Shown: positions 8,694-19,073, numbered from the stretch's first letter. The stretch: DNA of 64,000 nt from Pseudobdellovibrionaceae bacterium (GCA_039810425.1 JBDHWW010000016.1:1-64000), one strand, 5' to 3'. The notes: generated by a model from the sequence alone, not told the origin. Made by a program: numbers and translations.

Positions 8694-10787
8694 ATGACAA
8701 CACAATCTGCTCAGGCGCAAAAAAGTGAAATTTATAAAAATGCTTTGAAAGAGTCTTTTATCAAGCTCAATCCAAAAATGCTGTGGCCTAATCCGGTGAT
8801 TTTTATTACCGAGATTGGTGCTTTTTTGACGGCGATTTTCATCGTTAAGAACATTTTAACGGGCGCTGGCGTCTCTGCTTTTGAAGTGCAGATTTCAGTG
8901 TGGCTGTGGTTTACGGTCTTGTTTGCGAATTTCGCCGAGGCCGTGGCCGAGGGCCGGGGTAAAGCCCAAGCGGAAACTTTGAAAAAAACGAGAACTTCCA
9001 CCGTTGCTAGACGCCTGCTGGCGGGCCGAGAAGAAAAAATCTCGGCGGCCGAGTTGCGTAAAGGAGATCTCGTCGTGTGCTCTGCGGGTGATATTATTCC
9101 CGGCGATGGTGAAGTCGTCGAGGGAATTGCGACTGTCGATGAATCGGCGATCACCGGAGAATCCGCACCCGTTATTCGGGAAAGCGGTGGTGACCGCAGC
9201 GCGGTGACCGGCGGCACAAAAGTTATTAGTGATGTAATCAAAGTAAAAATCACCTCAGAGCAAGGGCATAGTTTCTTGGATCGAATGATTGCTTTGGTGG
9301 AAGGGGCTCAACGGCAAAAGACCCCCAATGAAATTGCCCTGAATATTCTCTTAGCGGGCCTTACGCTGATTTTCTTAATGGCCGTGGTCAGTCTTAAATT
9401 TTTTGCAGACTATAGCGGGGCGGCGGCGAATCAGGATCTTTCCGCGATCGTGACGGTGCCCATTTTGATCGCACTCTTGGTCTGTTTGATTCCTACAACG
9501 ATTGGCGGTTTACTCAGTGCCATCGGCATCAGCGGCATGGATCGTTTGATCCGTAAGAATGTGATTGCAACGAGTGGCCGGGCTGTTGAGGCTGCCGGTG
9601 ATATCGATGTGTTGCTGTTGGATAAAACTGGCACGATCACGCTCGGAAACCGTATGGCTCATCAGTTTATGGCCGCTCCGGGGGTCCGCACGGAGCATTT
9701 GGCAAAAATGGCTCAGTTGGCGTCTTTAAGTGATGAGACGCCCGAGGGGCGGTCCATTGTCGTGCTGGCCAAAGAGCAATTTAAGATCCGGGCGGAGTCT
9801 TATGCTCCTCAAGAAGTGGAGTTCGTTCCGTTTACCGCGCAAACCCGCATGAGCGGCGTTGACATCAAGAAAGACGAAAAGGCCCTGGTCATTCGTAAAG
9901 GCGCGGGCGGCTCGATCCAGAGACATATCGAGAAACTCGGTGGTGTTTTTGGCCGAGAAATTACGCAAATCGTGCAAACCGTGGCGAAAAGCGGCGGAAC
10001 ACCGCTGGTGGTTTCTGAGAACGAAAAAGTATTGGGCGTCATTTACCTTAAAGATATTGTCAAGGGTGGCATTAAAGAACGCTTCGCTGAACTTCGTAAG
10101 ATGGGGATTAAAACGGTGATGATCACTGGTGACAACCCATTGACGGCGGCGGCCATTGCGGCCGAGGCTGGTGTTGACGACTTTATGGCGCAAGCCACTC
10201 CCGAAGATAAGTTGATACGCATTCGCCAGGAACAAGCCAACGGCCATCTTGTGGCAATGACAGGTGACGGGACGAATGATGCTCCAGCCTTGGCCCAGGC
10301 CGACGTCGGTGTTGCGATGAATACCGGAACTCAAGCCGCGCGGGAGGCTGGAAATATGGTGGATCTCGACAGCAATCCGACAAAGCTGATTGAGATCGTC
10401 GAAATCGGCAAACAACTCTTGATGACCCGTGGTGCTTTGACGACGTTTAGTGTTGCGAACGACGTCGCAAAGTATTTCGCAATTCTACCGGCGCTCTTCG
10501 GCACCTTGTATTTGACGACTGGGGCGACGCGAGGGCCTTTGCAGGCTTTGAATATTATGGGTTTGCACTCGCCAACCAGTGCAATCTTGAGCGCAGTCAT
10601 ATTTAACGCTCTTGTGATTATTGCCCTTGTGCCACTGGCGTTGAGAGGCGTCAGCTACCGCGCCCTGTCGGCGACGGCCCTATTGGGCCGCAATGTTTTG
10701 CTCTATGGCGTTGGCGGTCTGATGGCACCCTTTGTGGGCATTAAGATTATTGACATGTGTATTGTGGCGTTAGGTTTTGTTGCCTAA
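8694..10787 (+). CDS. kdpB: K+-transporting P-type ATPase subunit B
   Basis: TGESAP, LIPTTIG, DKTGT phosphorylation site, [11 protein letters not shown]. Confidence 0.98.
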   Translation: MTTQSAQAQKSEIYKNALKESFIKLNPKMLWPNPVIFITEIGAFLTAIFIVKNILTGAGVSAFEVQISVWLWFTVLFANFAEAVAEGRGKAQAETLKKTRTSTVARRLLAGREEKISAAELRKGDLVVCSAGDIIPGDGEVVEGIATVDESAITGESAPVIRESGGDRSAVTGGTKVISDVIKVKITSEQGHSFLDRMIALVEGAQRQKTPNEIALNILLAGLTLIFLMAVVSLKFFADYSGAAANQDLSAIVTVPILIALLVCLIPTTIGGLLSAIGISGMDRLIRKNVIATSGRAVEAAGDIDVLLLDKTGTITLGNRMAHQFMAAPGVRTEHLAKMAQLASLSDETPEGRSIVVLAKEQFKIRAESYAPQEVEFVPFTAQTRMSGVDIKKDEKALVIRKGAGGSIQRHIEKLGGVFGREITQIVQTVAKSGGTPLVVSENEKVLGVIYLKDIVKGGIKERFAELRKMGIKTVMITGDNPLTAAAIAAEAGVDDFMAQATPEDKLIRIRQEQANGHLVAMTGDGTNDAPALAQADVGVAMNTGTQAAREAGNMVDLDSNPTKLIEIVEIGKQLLMTRGALTTFSVANDVAKYFAILPALFGTLYLTTGATRGPLQALNIMGLHSPTSAILSAVIFNALVIIALVPLALRGVSYRALSATALLGRNVLLYGVGGLMAPFVGIKIIDMCIVALGFVA

Positions 10788-10802
10788 GCAAAGAGGACTT
10801 TT

Positions 10803-11369
10803 ATGAAAACCTTAATACAAAGCTGTATAATTCTTTTGGTCATGACGGTTTTAACGGGCGCGGTCTATCCATTGATGGTTACGGGCGTCGGGCAGGCGCT
10901 CTTTCATGATCAAGCCATGGGCCAAATCGTCAGCCGCGACGGGCAACCCATCGCCTCTGCAATCATCGCCCAGAAAATGACTTCACCAAAATATTTTTGG
11001 CCCCGGCCCTCAGGTGCCGGCTACAATGCAACAGGCTCCAGCGGTACGAACTTGGGGCCGGTGAGCGCGGACTTGAAAAAGCAATATGAGGAGCGTCGTA
11101 AAGCGCTGATGGAAGCTCATCCTGATCAAGGTGAGCCCCCGCAGGATTTACTCTTTGCTTCTGGCAGCGGTTTAGATCCCGAGATCAGCCCCGCCGCTGC
11201 TATCTATCAGTTGAACAGGGTCGCAAAGGCGCGTAATTTTAACGAAGAGCAAACGACCAAGCTCAAAGCTTTGGTGACAGAGCATACCCAGGGTCCGACG
11301 TTAGGATTCCTGGGCAACTCTCGAGTCAATGTGATGGAGCTGAACATTGTGCTGGATAGGATGAAATAG
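10803..11369 (+). CDS. kdpC: K+-transporting ATPase subunit C
   Basis: YFWPRPS, SGTNLGP, ASGSGLDPEIS, RVNVMELN. Confidence 0.97.
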   Translation: MKTLIQSCIILLVMTVLTGAVYPLMVTGVGQALFHDQAMGQIVSRDGQPIASAIIAQKMTSPKYFWPRPSGAGYNATGSSGTNLGPVSADLKKQYEERRKALMEAHPDQGEPPQDLLFASGSGLDPEISPAAAIYQLNRVAKARNFNEEQTTKLKALVTEHTQGPTLGFLGNSRVNVMELNIVLDRMK

Positions 11370-14077
11370 TGCCTGATTCTCAACGACCTGATCCTGATGA
11401 GTTGCTTGATATTGTGAAAGCAGAAAGTGCCAAGGCAACGGCGCAATTGCGGATCTTCTTCGGAATGTCCGCAGGCGTAGGTAAAACCTACGCGATGCTC
11501 GAAGCTGCTCACGAAGCCAAGGACGATGGTGTTGATGTCGTGATTGGCGTGGTCGAGACCCACGGCCGCCGGGAAACGGCAGAGCTTTTAGAAGGGATCG
11601 AGCGCATTCCGAAGAAGAAAATCAGTTATCGCGGAACCGAGCTTGAAGAAATGGACTTGGAAGCTATTCTTAAGCGCCGGCCAAAGCTAGTCATCGTCGA
11701 TGAGCTTGCCCACACCAATGCTCCCGGAGCTTTGCACTCCAAGCGCTATCAGGATGTCTTGCAGCTCCTCGAAGAAGGGATTGATGTTTATACGGCCGTC
11801 AATGTCCAGCACATTGAAAGCCGTAAAGACTCGGTCGAAAAGATCACCGGGATCGCCATTCGTGAAACCGTGCCGGACTCTCTCATTGAAAGGGCCAATC
11901 ACATTGAGCTTATTGATATCACTCCGGCGGGACTCTTAAAACGTCTCCGGGAAGGCAAAGTATATCTGGAAGAGCGCGCCGAGTGGGCTGCGCAGAATTT
12001 CTTCAAAGAGGCGCCCCTGTCGGCGTTGCGCGAGATCGCTTTACGTCTCACGGCTGAAAAAGTCGATTACGATCTTCAGGATTACAGCAAGCTGCATGGC
12101 TCAGAAGGACCTTGGAATACGAATGAACGTCTCATGGTTGCGGTGAGCCACTCGCCCTATTCAGAGCGCCTCATTCGCGCCACGCGCCGCTATGCTTTTA
12201 ATTTGGAAGCCCCGTGGATGGCTATTCACGTCGATACGGGGGAGGCTCTCAATAATGCCGATCAAGCGCAGCTGGGTAAGAATCTCGCTCTTGCGCGGGA
12301 GCTCGGCGCTGAAGTGGTCACAGTACCGGATATTGATGTCACGGAGGCCCTTCAGCGGGTCGCCAAACAGCGTAATGTCACGCAACTGATTATTGGCCGT
12401 CCAACCCAGCGCTTTTTGCGTGATCACTTTGAAGGGGGAACAGTCTTGGACCGGCTCGTCCGTCAAACCGGCGAGTTCGATGTTCATGTCATTCGTCAGG
12501 AGACGGCTCCTGAAACAGAGCGCCGGTGGATGCCTGAGTTTTCAAATCTTTCGGCGTGGATTCAGTATTGGTATGTCCTCTGGCTGATGGTGGGTGTAAC
12601 GATTTTGGCTCATTTTACCAGTGGATTCTTAGGATTCCGTAGCATCGGATTTATATACCTCCTGGCGATTCTCGGGTTTAGTTTGGTTTTCTCGTTGGGG
12701 CCGGTGCTCTTCGCGGCGGCCTTAAGCAGCCTGTTATGGAACTTTTTCTTTATTCCGCCAAAGTACACTTTTGCGATCTCTTCGGTTGAAGACGTACTTC
12801 TCTGCGTTTCTTATTTTTTCGTCGCGGTTACGACCGGCTATTTGACGTATAGAATCCGCAAGCATGAAAGAATTTTTCAAGAGCGTGAAGAAAGAACCCA
12901 GTTTCTTTATCAGATTACAAAGGACATTGCCGCTGGCGGGGGGAAAGAGGTCTACCTCTCCAAAGTGGCGGAACAATTGTCAGGTATTCTGAAAGGACAC
13001 TGCGGTTTTATTCTTAAGGGCGCAAATGATAAGTTGGATTTCAATATCATTTCTTCGGAATACCTGCCGTTTTCCGAAAAAGAGCAAGCAGTAGCCCTAT
13101 GGGCGTTCGAAAATGAAAAAGCAGCAGGTTGGTCGACGGACAACTTGCCATCTTCGCGAAATTTCTATTTGCCGATGAAAACCTCGGAGGGTTCCGTGGG
13201 TTTGGTCGTCTTTAAACCAAAGCGAATCAAGCGCTTGGGCATTGATCACGAGAATTTATTGTTTACGGTTGGTAATCAGGTCGCGATCGCCCTGGAGCGT
13301 GAATCTCTTGAAGAGAAGTCAAAAACCAATGATCGTTTGCGTGAGTCCGAAAAATTGCATCAAGCGCTGATGAATTCGGTTTCCCATGAACTGAGAACGC
13401 CACTGACCACCATTATTGGTTCGGCCTCAACGCTTTCTCAGGAGAAAGTCCAAGAAAATCCCGAAATGCGTAAGGAGCTTTCCGACGAACTCGTGCGCGC
13501 AAGTCATCGGTTGAACCGGGTCATTGAAAATCTTTTGGATATGACTCGTCTGAACTCGGGGATGCTGAGTCTTAAAAGAGACTGGTATGACGTGCGTGAA
13601 CTGTTGAAGCTGACGGTGAAGCGTCTTCAGGGGGATCTTGGGGAGCATCCCATTGACTATAATTTTGGCGAGGTCCCACTTATAAAAATCGATTACCGTC
13701 TCTTAGAGCAGGTTTTTTCAAATCTTATTTTAAATGCCGTTGCATACACCGCCGAGAAGAGCGCTATTCATCTAGTCGTCTATCGGGAGACGGACCAGGT
13801 TGTTATAAGGGTGCGTGATGAGGGGGGCGGCTTGCCTTTAGACGCTCTTCAAAAAGTTTTTGAAAAATTCTATCGTGTCCCTGGCACTAAAGCCGGAGGA
13901 ACAGGGTTGGGACTTTATATCGCAAAAAGCCTTGTGGAGGCGCACGGCGGAACCATTGGAGCCCAAAATGGCGGCGCGGGCGGAGCGGAGTTTGTAATTC
14001 GCCTGCCAATAGAGCCCCTGCCGCGAGTTCTTGGGGAAAGCGATGCAACGGGCGCTCCAAGTACGAAGGCGTTGTGA
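11369..14077 (+). CDS. kdpD: Sensor histidine kinase KdpD (full length)
   Basis: GVGKTYAML, VDELAHTN, Usp region, 4 TM segments, SVSHELRTP, GTGLGL; GTG start overlaps kdpC stop. Confidence 0.97.
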   Translation: MPDSQRPDPDELLDIVKAESAKATAQLRIFFGMSAGVGKTYAMLEAAHEAKDDGVDVVIGVVETHGRRETAELLEGIERIPKKKISYRGTELEEMDLEAILKRRPKLVIVDELAHTNAPGALHSKRYQDVLQLLEEGIDVYTAVNVQHIESRKDSVEKITGIAIRETVPDSLIERANHIELIDITPAGLLKRLREGKVYLEERAEWAAQNFFKEAPLSALREIALRLTAEKVDYDLQDYSKLHGSEGPWNTNERLMVAVSHSPYSERLIRATRRYAFNLEAPWMAIHVDTGEALNNADQAQLGKNLALARELGAEVVTVPDIDVTEALQRVAKQRNVTQLIIGRPTQRFLRDHFEGGTVLDRLVRQTGEFDVHVIRQETAPETERRWMPEFSNLSAWIQYWYVLWLMVGVTILAHFTSGFLGFRSIGFIYLLAILGFSLVFSLGPVLFAAALSSLLWNFFFIPPKYTFAISSVEDVLLCVSYFFVAVTTGYLTYRIRKHERIFQEREERTQFLYQITKDIAAGGGKEVYLSKVAEQLSGILKGHCGFILKGANDKLDFNIISSEYLPFSEKEQAVALWAFENEKAAGWSTDNLPSSRNFYLPMKTSEGSVGLVVFKPKRIKRLGIDHENLLFTVGNQVAIALERESLEEKSKTNDRLRESEKLHQALMNSVSHELRTPLTTIIGSASTLSQEKVQENPEMRKELSDELVRASHRLNRVIENLLDMTRLNSGMLSLKRDWYDVRELLKLTVKRLQGDLGEHPIDYNFGEVPLIKIDYRLLEQVFSNLILNAVAYTAEKSAIHLVVYRETDQVVIRVRDEGGGLPLDALQKVFEKFYRVPGTKAGGTGLGLYIAKSLVEAHGGTIGAQNGGAGGAEFVIRLPIEPLPRVLGESDATGAPSTKAL

Positions 14078-14130
14078 AAATGCACCAAAAAGCACTGGTT
14101 TTAGCAACGTTGCTTCGATAGCATAGTCCT

Positions 14131-14817
14131 ATGAAGTCCAAGGTTATCTTAGTCATTGACGACGAGTCCTCGATCCGTAAGTTTTTACGGATCAGCCTCG
14201 AGGCTCAGCAGTTTGCGGTCCACGAGGCGGCAAGTGGGCGGGAGGGTATTCAAGAAGTCGTCGGCAGAAAACCGGATCTTATTATTTTGGACTTGGGCCT
14301 TACTGATATGAGGGGCCTGGATGTCATCACAAAAGTTCGTGAGTGGTCGTCAGTTCCGATCATAGTTTTGACCGTCCAAGACTCTGAAGACGACAAAGTT
14401 CAGGCACTTGATACCGGGGCCGACGACTATTTGACAAAACCCTTTAGTGTTCCGGAGCTGATGGCGCGCATTCGGGTCGCTCTTCGGCACTCACAGCCCG
14501 TACCGCTCGAAGCGGTTTTTAAAACTGGCGATTTTGAAATGGATTTCGCGGGTCATATCGTGAGAACCGGCGGCACCGAAGTGAAGCTCACCGCCACCGA
14601 ATTCAGTCTTTTGCAGGTGCTGGTTAAAAACGCCGGTAAAGTCGTGACTCACAGAATGTTGCTCAAAGAAGTGTGGGGCCCGAACTCGGTCGAGCATACA
14701 CAGTATTTGCGCGTTTACATGGGGCAGATTCGCAAGAAGCTAGAAGCCTCTGAGGACGGTCCGGAGCTGATTGCGACCGAAGCCGGTGTGGGCTATCGTT
14801 TTTTAATTCAAAAGTAA
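14131..14817 (+). CDS. kdpE: Response regulator KdpE
   Basis: Receiver (DDE, LDLGL, TKPF) plus OmpR wHTH (YLRVYMGQIRKKLE, GVGYRF). Confidence 0.96.
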   Translation: MKSKVILVIDDESSIRKFLRISLEAQQFAVHEAASGREGIQEVVGRKPDLIILDLGLTDMRGLDVITKVREWSSVPIIVLTVQDSEDDKVQALDTGADDYLTKPFSVPELMARIRVALRHSQPVPLEAVFKTGDFEMDFAGHIVRTGGTEVKLTATEFSLLQVLVKNAGKVVTHRMLLKEVWGPNSVEHTQYLRVYMGQIRKKLEASEDGPELIATEAGVGYRFLIQK

Positions 14818-16185
14818 TTTGCCGGGTTCGAAGGTGAGCGTGCGGCTCGCAAGGCGCGTGTCTTGTTCTTGACGGTGGCTGATAAATACCAAACGGCGGT
14901 CGGCTTTGCCGTCGACCCAATCTTTGAGAAAGGCCTCTACCAGAGTGGTCCTTTCGTTATCAAGGGCGGCGGTGATTTCATCGAGCAAAAGTACTTTGGG
15001 ATCAAACTGCAAACTTCGTAGAAGATGCACAATCTGCGCCTCTCCGCCGGACAGAGTCATCGCATTTTTTTGGAGCATTTCAGCCGTCATGCCGAGCTTC
15101 ACAAGATTTTTCTGAAAGAATTCTAGTTTTAGCGGCTCTCCATGGTGTTTTTTAAAACGAAGCGGGTATTGCAAGTTCTCAAGCACGCTGCCCGGGACAA
15201 AGTACGCTTTTTGCGGCACGTACATCATGGTGCCGGCATCAGCTTGATACATTTCCAAGTTCTCAGGCAATGTGATGTGTTTGTAAAAGTCGGCGACGTC
15301 CAAACCAACCAAGGATTTCAGCAGGCGACTTTTACCGACGCCTGAAGGTCCGCGCAGTAGAACTTTTTCCCCGGCGGTAAAGTTAAAACACAATCCTTGT
15401 GGCTTTTGCAACAACCACACCGGCATAAAATAGAAATGCGTGATAAAGATCGCTGCCAGCGCACCCAGCATGGCGGTAAAAGTGATCATGAACATAACCA
15501 GAATCTGAAAACGCGCTGCCAGCAAGGGATCTACGCCACCGATGAGCTGGCCGGACATCACTCCAGGGAGGCTCACGATCCCGACAATCGTCATACCATT
15601 GATCATCGGAGTCAGGGCGTTGCGGAGGATTTCATTATAAAGCCGGTGGCAAGCTTCAAAGGCCGTAGCGCCGAGGGCTTTCATCGTTTCAATTTCTAAA
15701 AGACTTTCGCGGCGGGCTCGTTCGAGGCCGACAAAGCTGAGAGAAATCGCCGAAAGGGCATTTCCCATCAGAACACCCATAAAGGGAATAAAGAACAGGC
15801 TTTGTAAAAACGCTTCACCGCCGAAGAACAGCTGAATGGTCATAAATCCCAGCGGCCAAACGCTTGCGAAGATGGCGACAAAACTGGCGAGATAGATGCG
15901 CCAGGTTTTTTCTTTCAAACGGGAATAAGAAGCTTGGGCTGCCACCAAGGTCATCACCAGGAGAGTGAGCAAATTCGTGGCTAAAGAGTCCGCATGCAAA
16001 AGCCAGCGAAGGAGGTAACCAATCGCGATCAGCTGGACGATGGTGCGAAGGGAGGCGACGAAAAGGTCTTTGCCCAAATTCAATTTAAAAAAACCGGAGA
16101 TGGCAATCGCAATGGCAATAAAGACAAAAGCGCCAAGAATTTGCCAATGACCGAAATGCTGAGTGTAAAAAGCCGCCGTTGTCAT
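14803..16185 (-). CDS. Fused FetB/YbbM (UPF0014)-type ABC permease + FetA/YbbL-type ATPase
   Basis: N-part VQLIAIGYLL, IPFMGVLMGNA, ALGAT, GIVSLPGVMSGQLIGGVDP; C-part GPSGVGKS, LSGGE, LLLDE, ISH. Confidence 0.85.
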   Translation of the reverse strand: MTTAAFYTQHFGHWQILGAFVFIAIAIAISGFFKLNLGKDLFVASLRTIVQLIAIGYLLRWLLHADSLATNLLTLLVMTLVAAQASYSRLKEKTWRIYLASFVAIFASVWPLGFMTIQLFFGGEAFLQSLFFIPFMGVLMGNALSAISLSFVGLERARRESLLEIETMKALGATAFEACHRLYNEILRNALTPMINGMTIVGIVSLPGVMSGQLIGGVDPLLAARFQILVMFMITFTAMLGALAAIFITHFYFMPVWLLQKPQGLCFNFTAGEKVLLRGPSGVGKSRLLKSLVGLDVADFYKHITLPENLEMYQADAGTMMYVPQKAYFVPGSVLENLQYPLRFKKHHGEPLKLEFFQKNLVKLGMTAEMLQKNAMTLSGGEAQIVHLLRSLQFDPKVLLLDEITAALDNERTTLVEAFLKDWVDGKADRRLVFISHRQEQDTRLASRTLTFEPGKLLLN

Positions 16186-16187
16186 AG

Positions 16188-17360
16188 TTATGAGCCGAAG
16201 ATCTTATTCAGCTGGATTCCCTTTGAGCCTTTAAAGTAGACCACATCGGCCTGTTTGGCCAGGGATTCCACGGCGGCTTTTGCTTCGAGCGCCGTTGCGA
16301 AGTGAAGAGTTCTATCTTTCGGCAAGCCTGTCACGTTACCGTCGGTTATAAACCGGGCTTCGGAGTCCACAGTAACCAGGGTCAGAAAGCCGGCGGCAAT
16401 GACCTCATGAAACAGGGTGCCAATAGTGCGGCCGAGTTTTTGGTGCTCAGCCTCGGAGGAGGCCCCGAGTTCCAGCATCGTGCCCAGCACCAGCAGGATT
16501 TTCATATTCTTGGTTTGTTTCAGTAAGTGATGAAGGCCTTCGCGCATGCTTTCGGGGCTTGCATTAAACGCATCATCAATCGCCAAACGGCCGTGCCAGT
16601 GAAACGCTTGAAAACGCCGTTCCACGGCATGGAATTCAATCAGACGTCGCGCCACATCTTGAGCTGGAATCCCAAGGGCCACGACCGACGCCATCGCGGC
16701 TGCGATATTGAGGCCCTTTTGGGGGCCTCGGAACGGGCACTCGATAAAGACGTCTTTTTTCTGAAATTTCAAGTAAACCCCCTCCGCTCCTTCGCGCAGG
16801 AGTTCAACATCAGCCGCGGGACCGGTGCCGAAAGTGATGACGTGTTTACCTTGTTCGCGGGCATGCTTCACAATACGGGCATCCTCTGAAGGAACCACCA
16901 CCGTGTGCACGCTTTCAAATCCCAGGGGCGAGAGTTTTTCACGAATCAGATTTTCAAGCGAGCCGAATTCACCGACATGAGCGCTGCCTATATTGAGTAA
17001 TGTCACAATATCGGGGCGCACGTAACTTAAAGGGGTTTGAAAATCGCCCAGGCGACGGGCGCCAATTTCAAAGACGGCAGTGGCTTGCTCCTTGGGTAAG
17101 CGCAAAACCTGTAGCGCCAGGGCCAGCTTGGTGTTTTGATTTGCCGGAGAAACAAATGCATCCCTCAATAGGTGCCCGAGAATTTCTTTGACGGTGGTTT
17201 TGCCGGCACTTCCGGTGATGGCCGCGACCTTCACGGGCAAGCCCCTGCGGCGGCGGCGCGCGGATTCAAACATAAATGTTCTGAGGTCCGCGGCCGGGGG
17301 CTTGAGAAGGCTTTCCGGAGGAGGGGGGCCTTCAAGAAGTTCGAAGCTCAGTCGTTGCAT
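16188..17360 (-). CDS. MurF-like Mur ligase lacking most of the N-terminal domain
   Basis: AITGSAGKTTVKE, VFEIG, NIGSAH, DDAFNASPESM, LGTMLELG, KGSKG; start taken at MQRLSF (17360), 1 nt after the upstream stop. Confidence 0.8.
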   Translation of the reverse strand: MQRLSFELLEGPPPPESLLKPPAADLRTFMFESARRRRRGLPVKVAAITGSAGKTTVKEILGHLLRDAFVSPANQNTKLALALQVLRLPKEQATAVFEIGARRLGDFQTPLSYVRPDIVTLLNIGSAHVGEFGSLENLIREKLSPLGFESVHTVVVPSEDARIVKHAREQGKHVITFGTGPAADVELLREGAEGVYLKFQKKDVFIECPFRGPQKGLNIAAAMASVVALGIPAQDVARRLIEFHAVERRFQAFHWHGRLAIDDAFNASPESMREGLHHLLKQTKNMKILLVLGTMLELGASSEAEHQKLGRTIGTLFHEVIAAGFLTLVTVDSEARFITDGNVTGLPKDRTLHFATALEAKAAVESLAKQADVVYFKGSKGIQLNKIFGS

Positions 17361-17361
17361 T

Positions 17362-18465
17362 TTACGCTCTGAAATGGCTGCGCTCACGAAGCACGTCGTG
17401 AATCGACTTGTTTTTGTTGTAAATTTCAAGCATCTCATCCGCCGGAGTTCTTCCCGTCGCCAGGCGCTCAGTGAACACTTCAAGAGCCCCCGGGTCATAA
17501 CCCCAATCGCGTAAAACCGCGGGCGCACGCTCTAAAAGTTCATTGGCGCGTTCCTTCATCTCTTCAGCGGCAAGACCCTTGCTGGCAACTTGGCCTAAAT
17601 CATAAATACGGTTTTGCTTGGTCGCTCGTCCCAGGAGTCCCTCATCCAAAGTCAACGCCAGGAATGACAAAAACTGCGCTTCGATTTCACGCAGGGAATT
17701 CGGCATATCAAACACCTTGAATTCGTAACGGTTTTTCTCTGTCGGGTGGAATTCAATCGGAGGAGCGATATAACTGCGTTTGTGCATACGGAAGCTCTTG
17801 CCAGGTTGGCCACGGATCTGCCACGGAGCTCCGTTCATAAATGGTGAAGCGACACTTAAGGCGGACAACGCCGGGCCATAGTAGTTAATCTTAGCCTCAA
17901 AATCTTTTTCGGAAATCATCTCGGCCAGGACCGGCGGCAAGCTGACGTTAATATCCGGACCATAAGTCGTCATCACTTCCATGGACCACTGCCAATAGTC
18001 ATGACGGCGTTTATTCTGTGGTCCCGAGAATTGCGATTCCATCGGGTGGTGGGACAAGGCCACCAAGTCATAGCCATGGGTATTCATAGCTTCTTTCAGT
18101 CGCGCATAGAGAGTCTTATGAACGCTGAGACATTCTGCGAGGCTCTCGCAAACAGGCGTGCGGATTTCAACCCCTTTTGGCAGGATTTCTTTGGCGTGGA
18201 AATCCATATCCGGCAGGTGATAACCCTCAACCACAAAGGGCATGAGTTTCGTCTGTGGCGGTTCGAGATCCAAACCTTCGCAAGAAGGAATATCTGCGAG
18301 AGAAATAGATTCGAAAATACCATTGAGCGTTTCAAAAGTCAGGTGCTGATGCCAGAGAGGGGTGAAGTCCTCTTGACGAACCACGAGATACTCGGACTCT
18401 AGGCCAAAACGAAACGATTGGGCAAAGCATTTTTTCTCTTCTGGAGAGAACTGGGTGAACTTCAT
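17362..18465 (-). CDS. Glutamate--cysteine ligase family 2 (GCS2/YbdK-like) carboxylate-amine ligase, diverged
   Basis: FGLESEY (GxExE), VEIRTPVC, SHHP, ALSALSVASPF, RYEFKVFD. Confidence 0.75.
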   Translation of the reverse strand: MKFTQFSPEEKKCFAQSFRFGLESEYLVVRQEDFTPLWHQHLTFETLNGIFESISLADIPSCEGLDLEPPQTKLMPFVVEGYHLPDMDFHAKEILPKGVEIRTPVCESLAECLSVHKTLYARLKEAMNTHGYDLVALSHHPMESQFSGPQNKRRHDYWQWSMEVMTTYGPDINVSLPPVLAEMISEKDFEAKINYYGPALSALSVASPFMNGAPWQIRGQPGKSFRMHKRSYIAPPIEFHPTEKNRYEFKVFDMPNSLREIEAQFLSFLALTLDEGLLGRATKQNRIYDLGQVASKGLAAEEMKERANELLERAPAVLRDWGYDPGALEVFTERLATGRTPADEMLEIYNKNKSIHDVLRERSHFRA

Positions 18466-18474
18466 TGCAAACTC

Positions 18475-18981
18475 CTATAAATTATTTTGCTGGGCTTTGC
18501 GACGGGCGATGAAAGGCTGAAAGAAAACCGCGACACCGCTGAGAAGCAGGAAAAACACACAGATCGCACTTGGCAAGAAAATCCCATAGCGAATCCAGGG
18601 GCCGAATTCAGCCCCTTCGTGCAGGGACACGAGCAGTGAAACCCGGCGGGTTTTTGCACCCATGATTTTGCCGTTAGCCCCGTCGATTTGAATTTCAAGC
18701 ATATTTTTAGATCGCACGCGGATGTTGCCCGTTCCGGGGCGAATATCAATTTGCGAAATATCGTTCCACCCGGAAATCTGTGCATCAGGAATGGACTTCG
18801 CCACAGCGAGAATTTCAGTGAAGCCGATTTTCAGAGTGGAATTCACCGGAGGATATTGAGGCTGCACCCAGGTGTTAAAGCCACGGGAGGCCAGCAAAAT
18901 TCCGGTCACAACGGTCACAAGAAATGGAATGGCAATCACAATGGAAACCCAGCGATGCCATTTGCGTAGACGTCTCAACAT
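18475..18981 (-). CDS. PepSY-associated TM helix membrane protein
   Basis: LRKWHRWVSI...VTGILL, EIQIDGANGKI, LVSLHEGAEFG, LLLSG; start at MLRRLR (18981). Confidence 0.8.
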   Translation of the reverse strand: MLRRLRKWHRWVSIVIAIPFLVTVVTGILLASRGFNTWVQPQYPPVNSTLKIGFTEILAVAKSIPDAQISGWNDISQIDIRPGTGNIRVRSKNMLEIQIDGANGKIMGAKTRRVSLLVSLHEGAEFGPWIRYGIFLPSAICVFFLLLSGVAVFFQPFIARRKAQQNNL

Positions 18982-19073
18982 AAGAGCGGACTGTATAAGT
19001 GAACTTTTAATGAAGGGGAAGGATAAGCGGGAAGGGGAAGGGTCTTGATAGTTAAATGAAAAAAGGTCAGACG

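Noticed and set aside
17361..17528. N-terminal extension of the Mur-like ORF given in the track
   Set aside because: It overlaps the GCS2 gene; the ATG at 17360 directly after its stop is more plausible.
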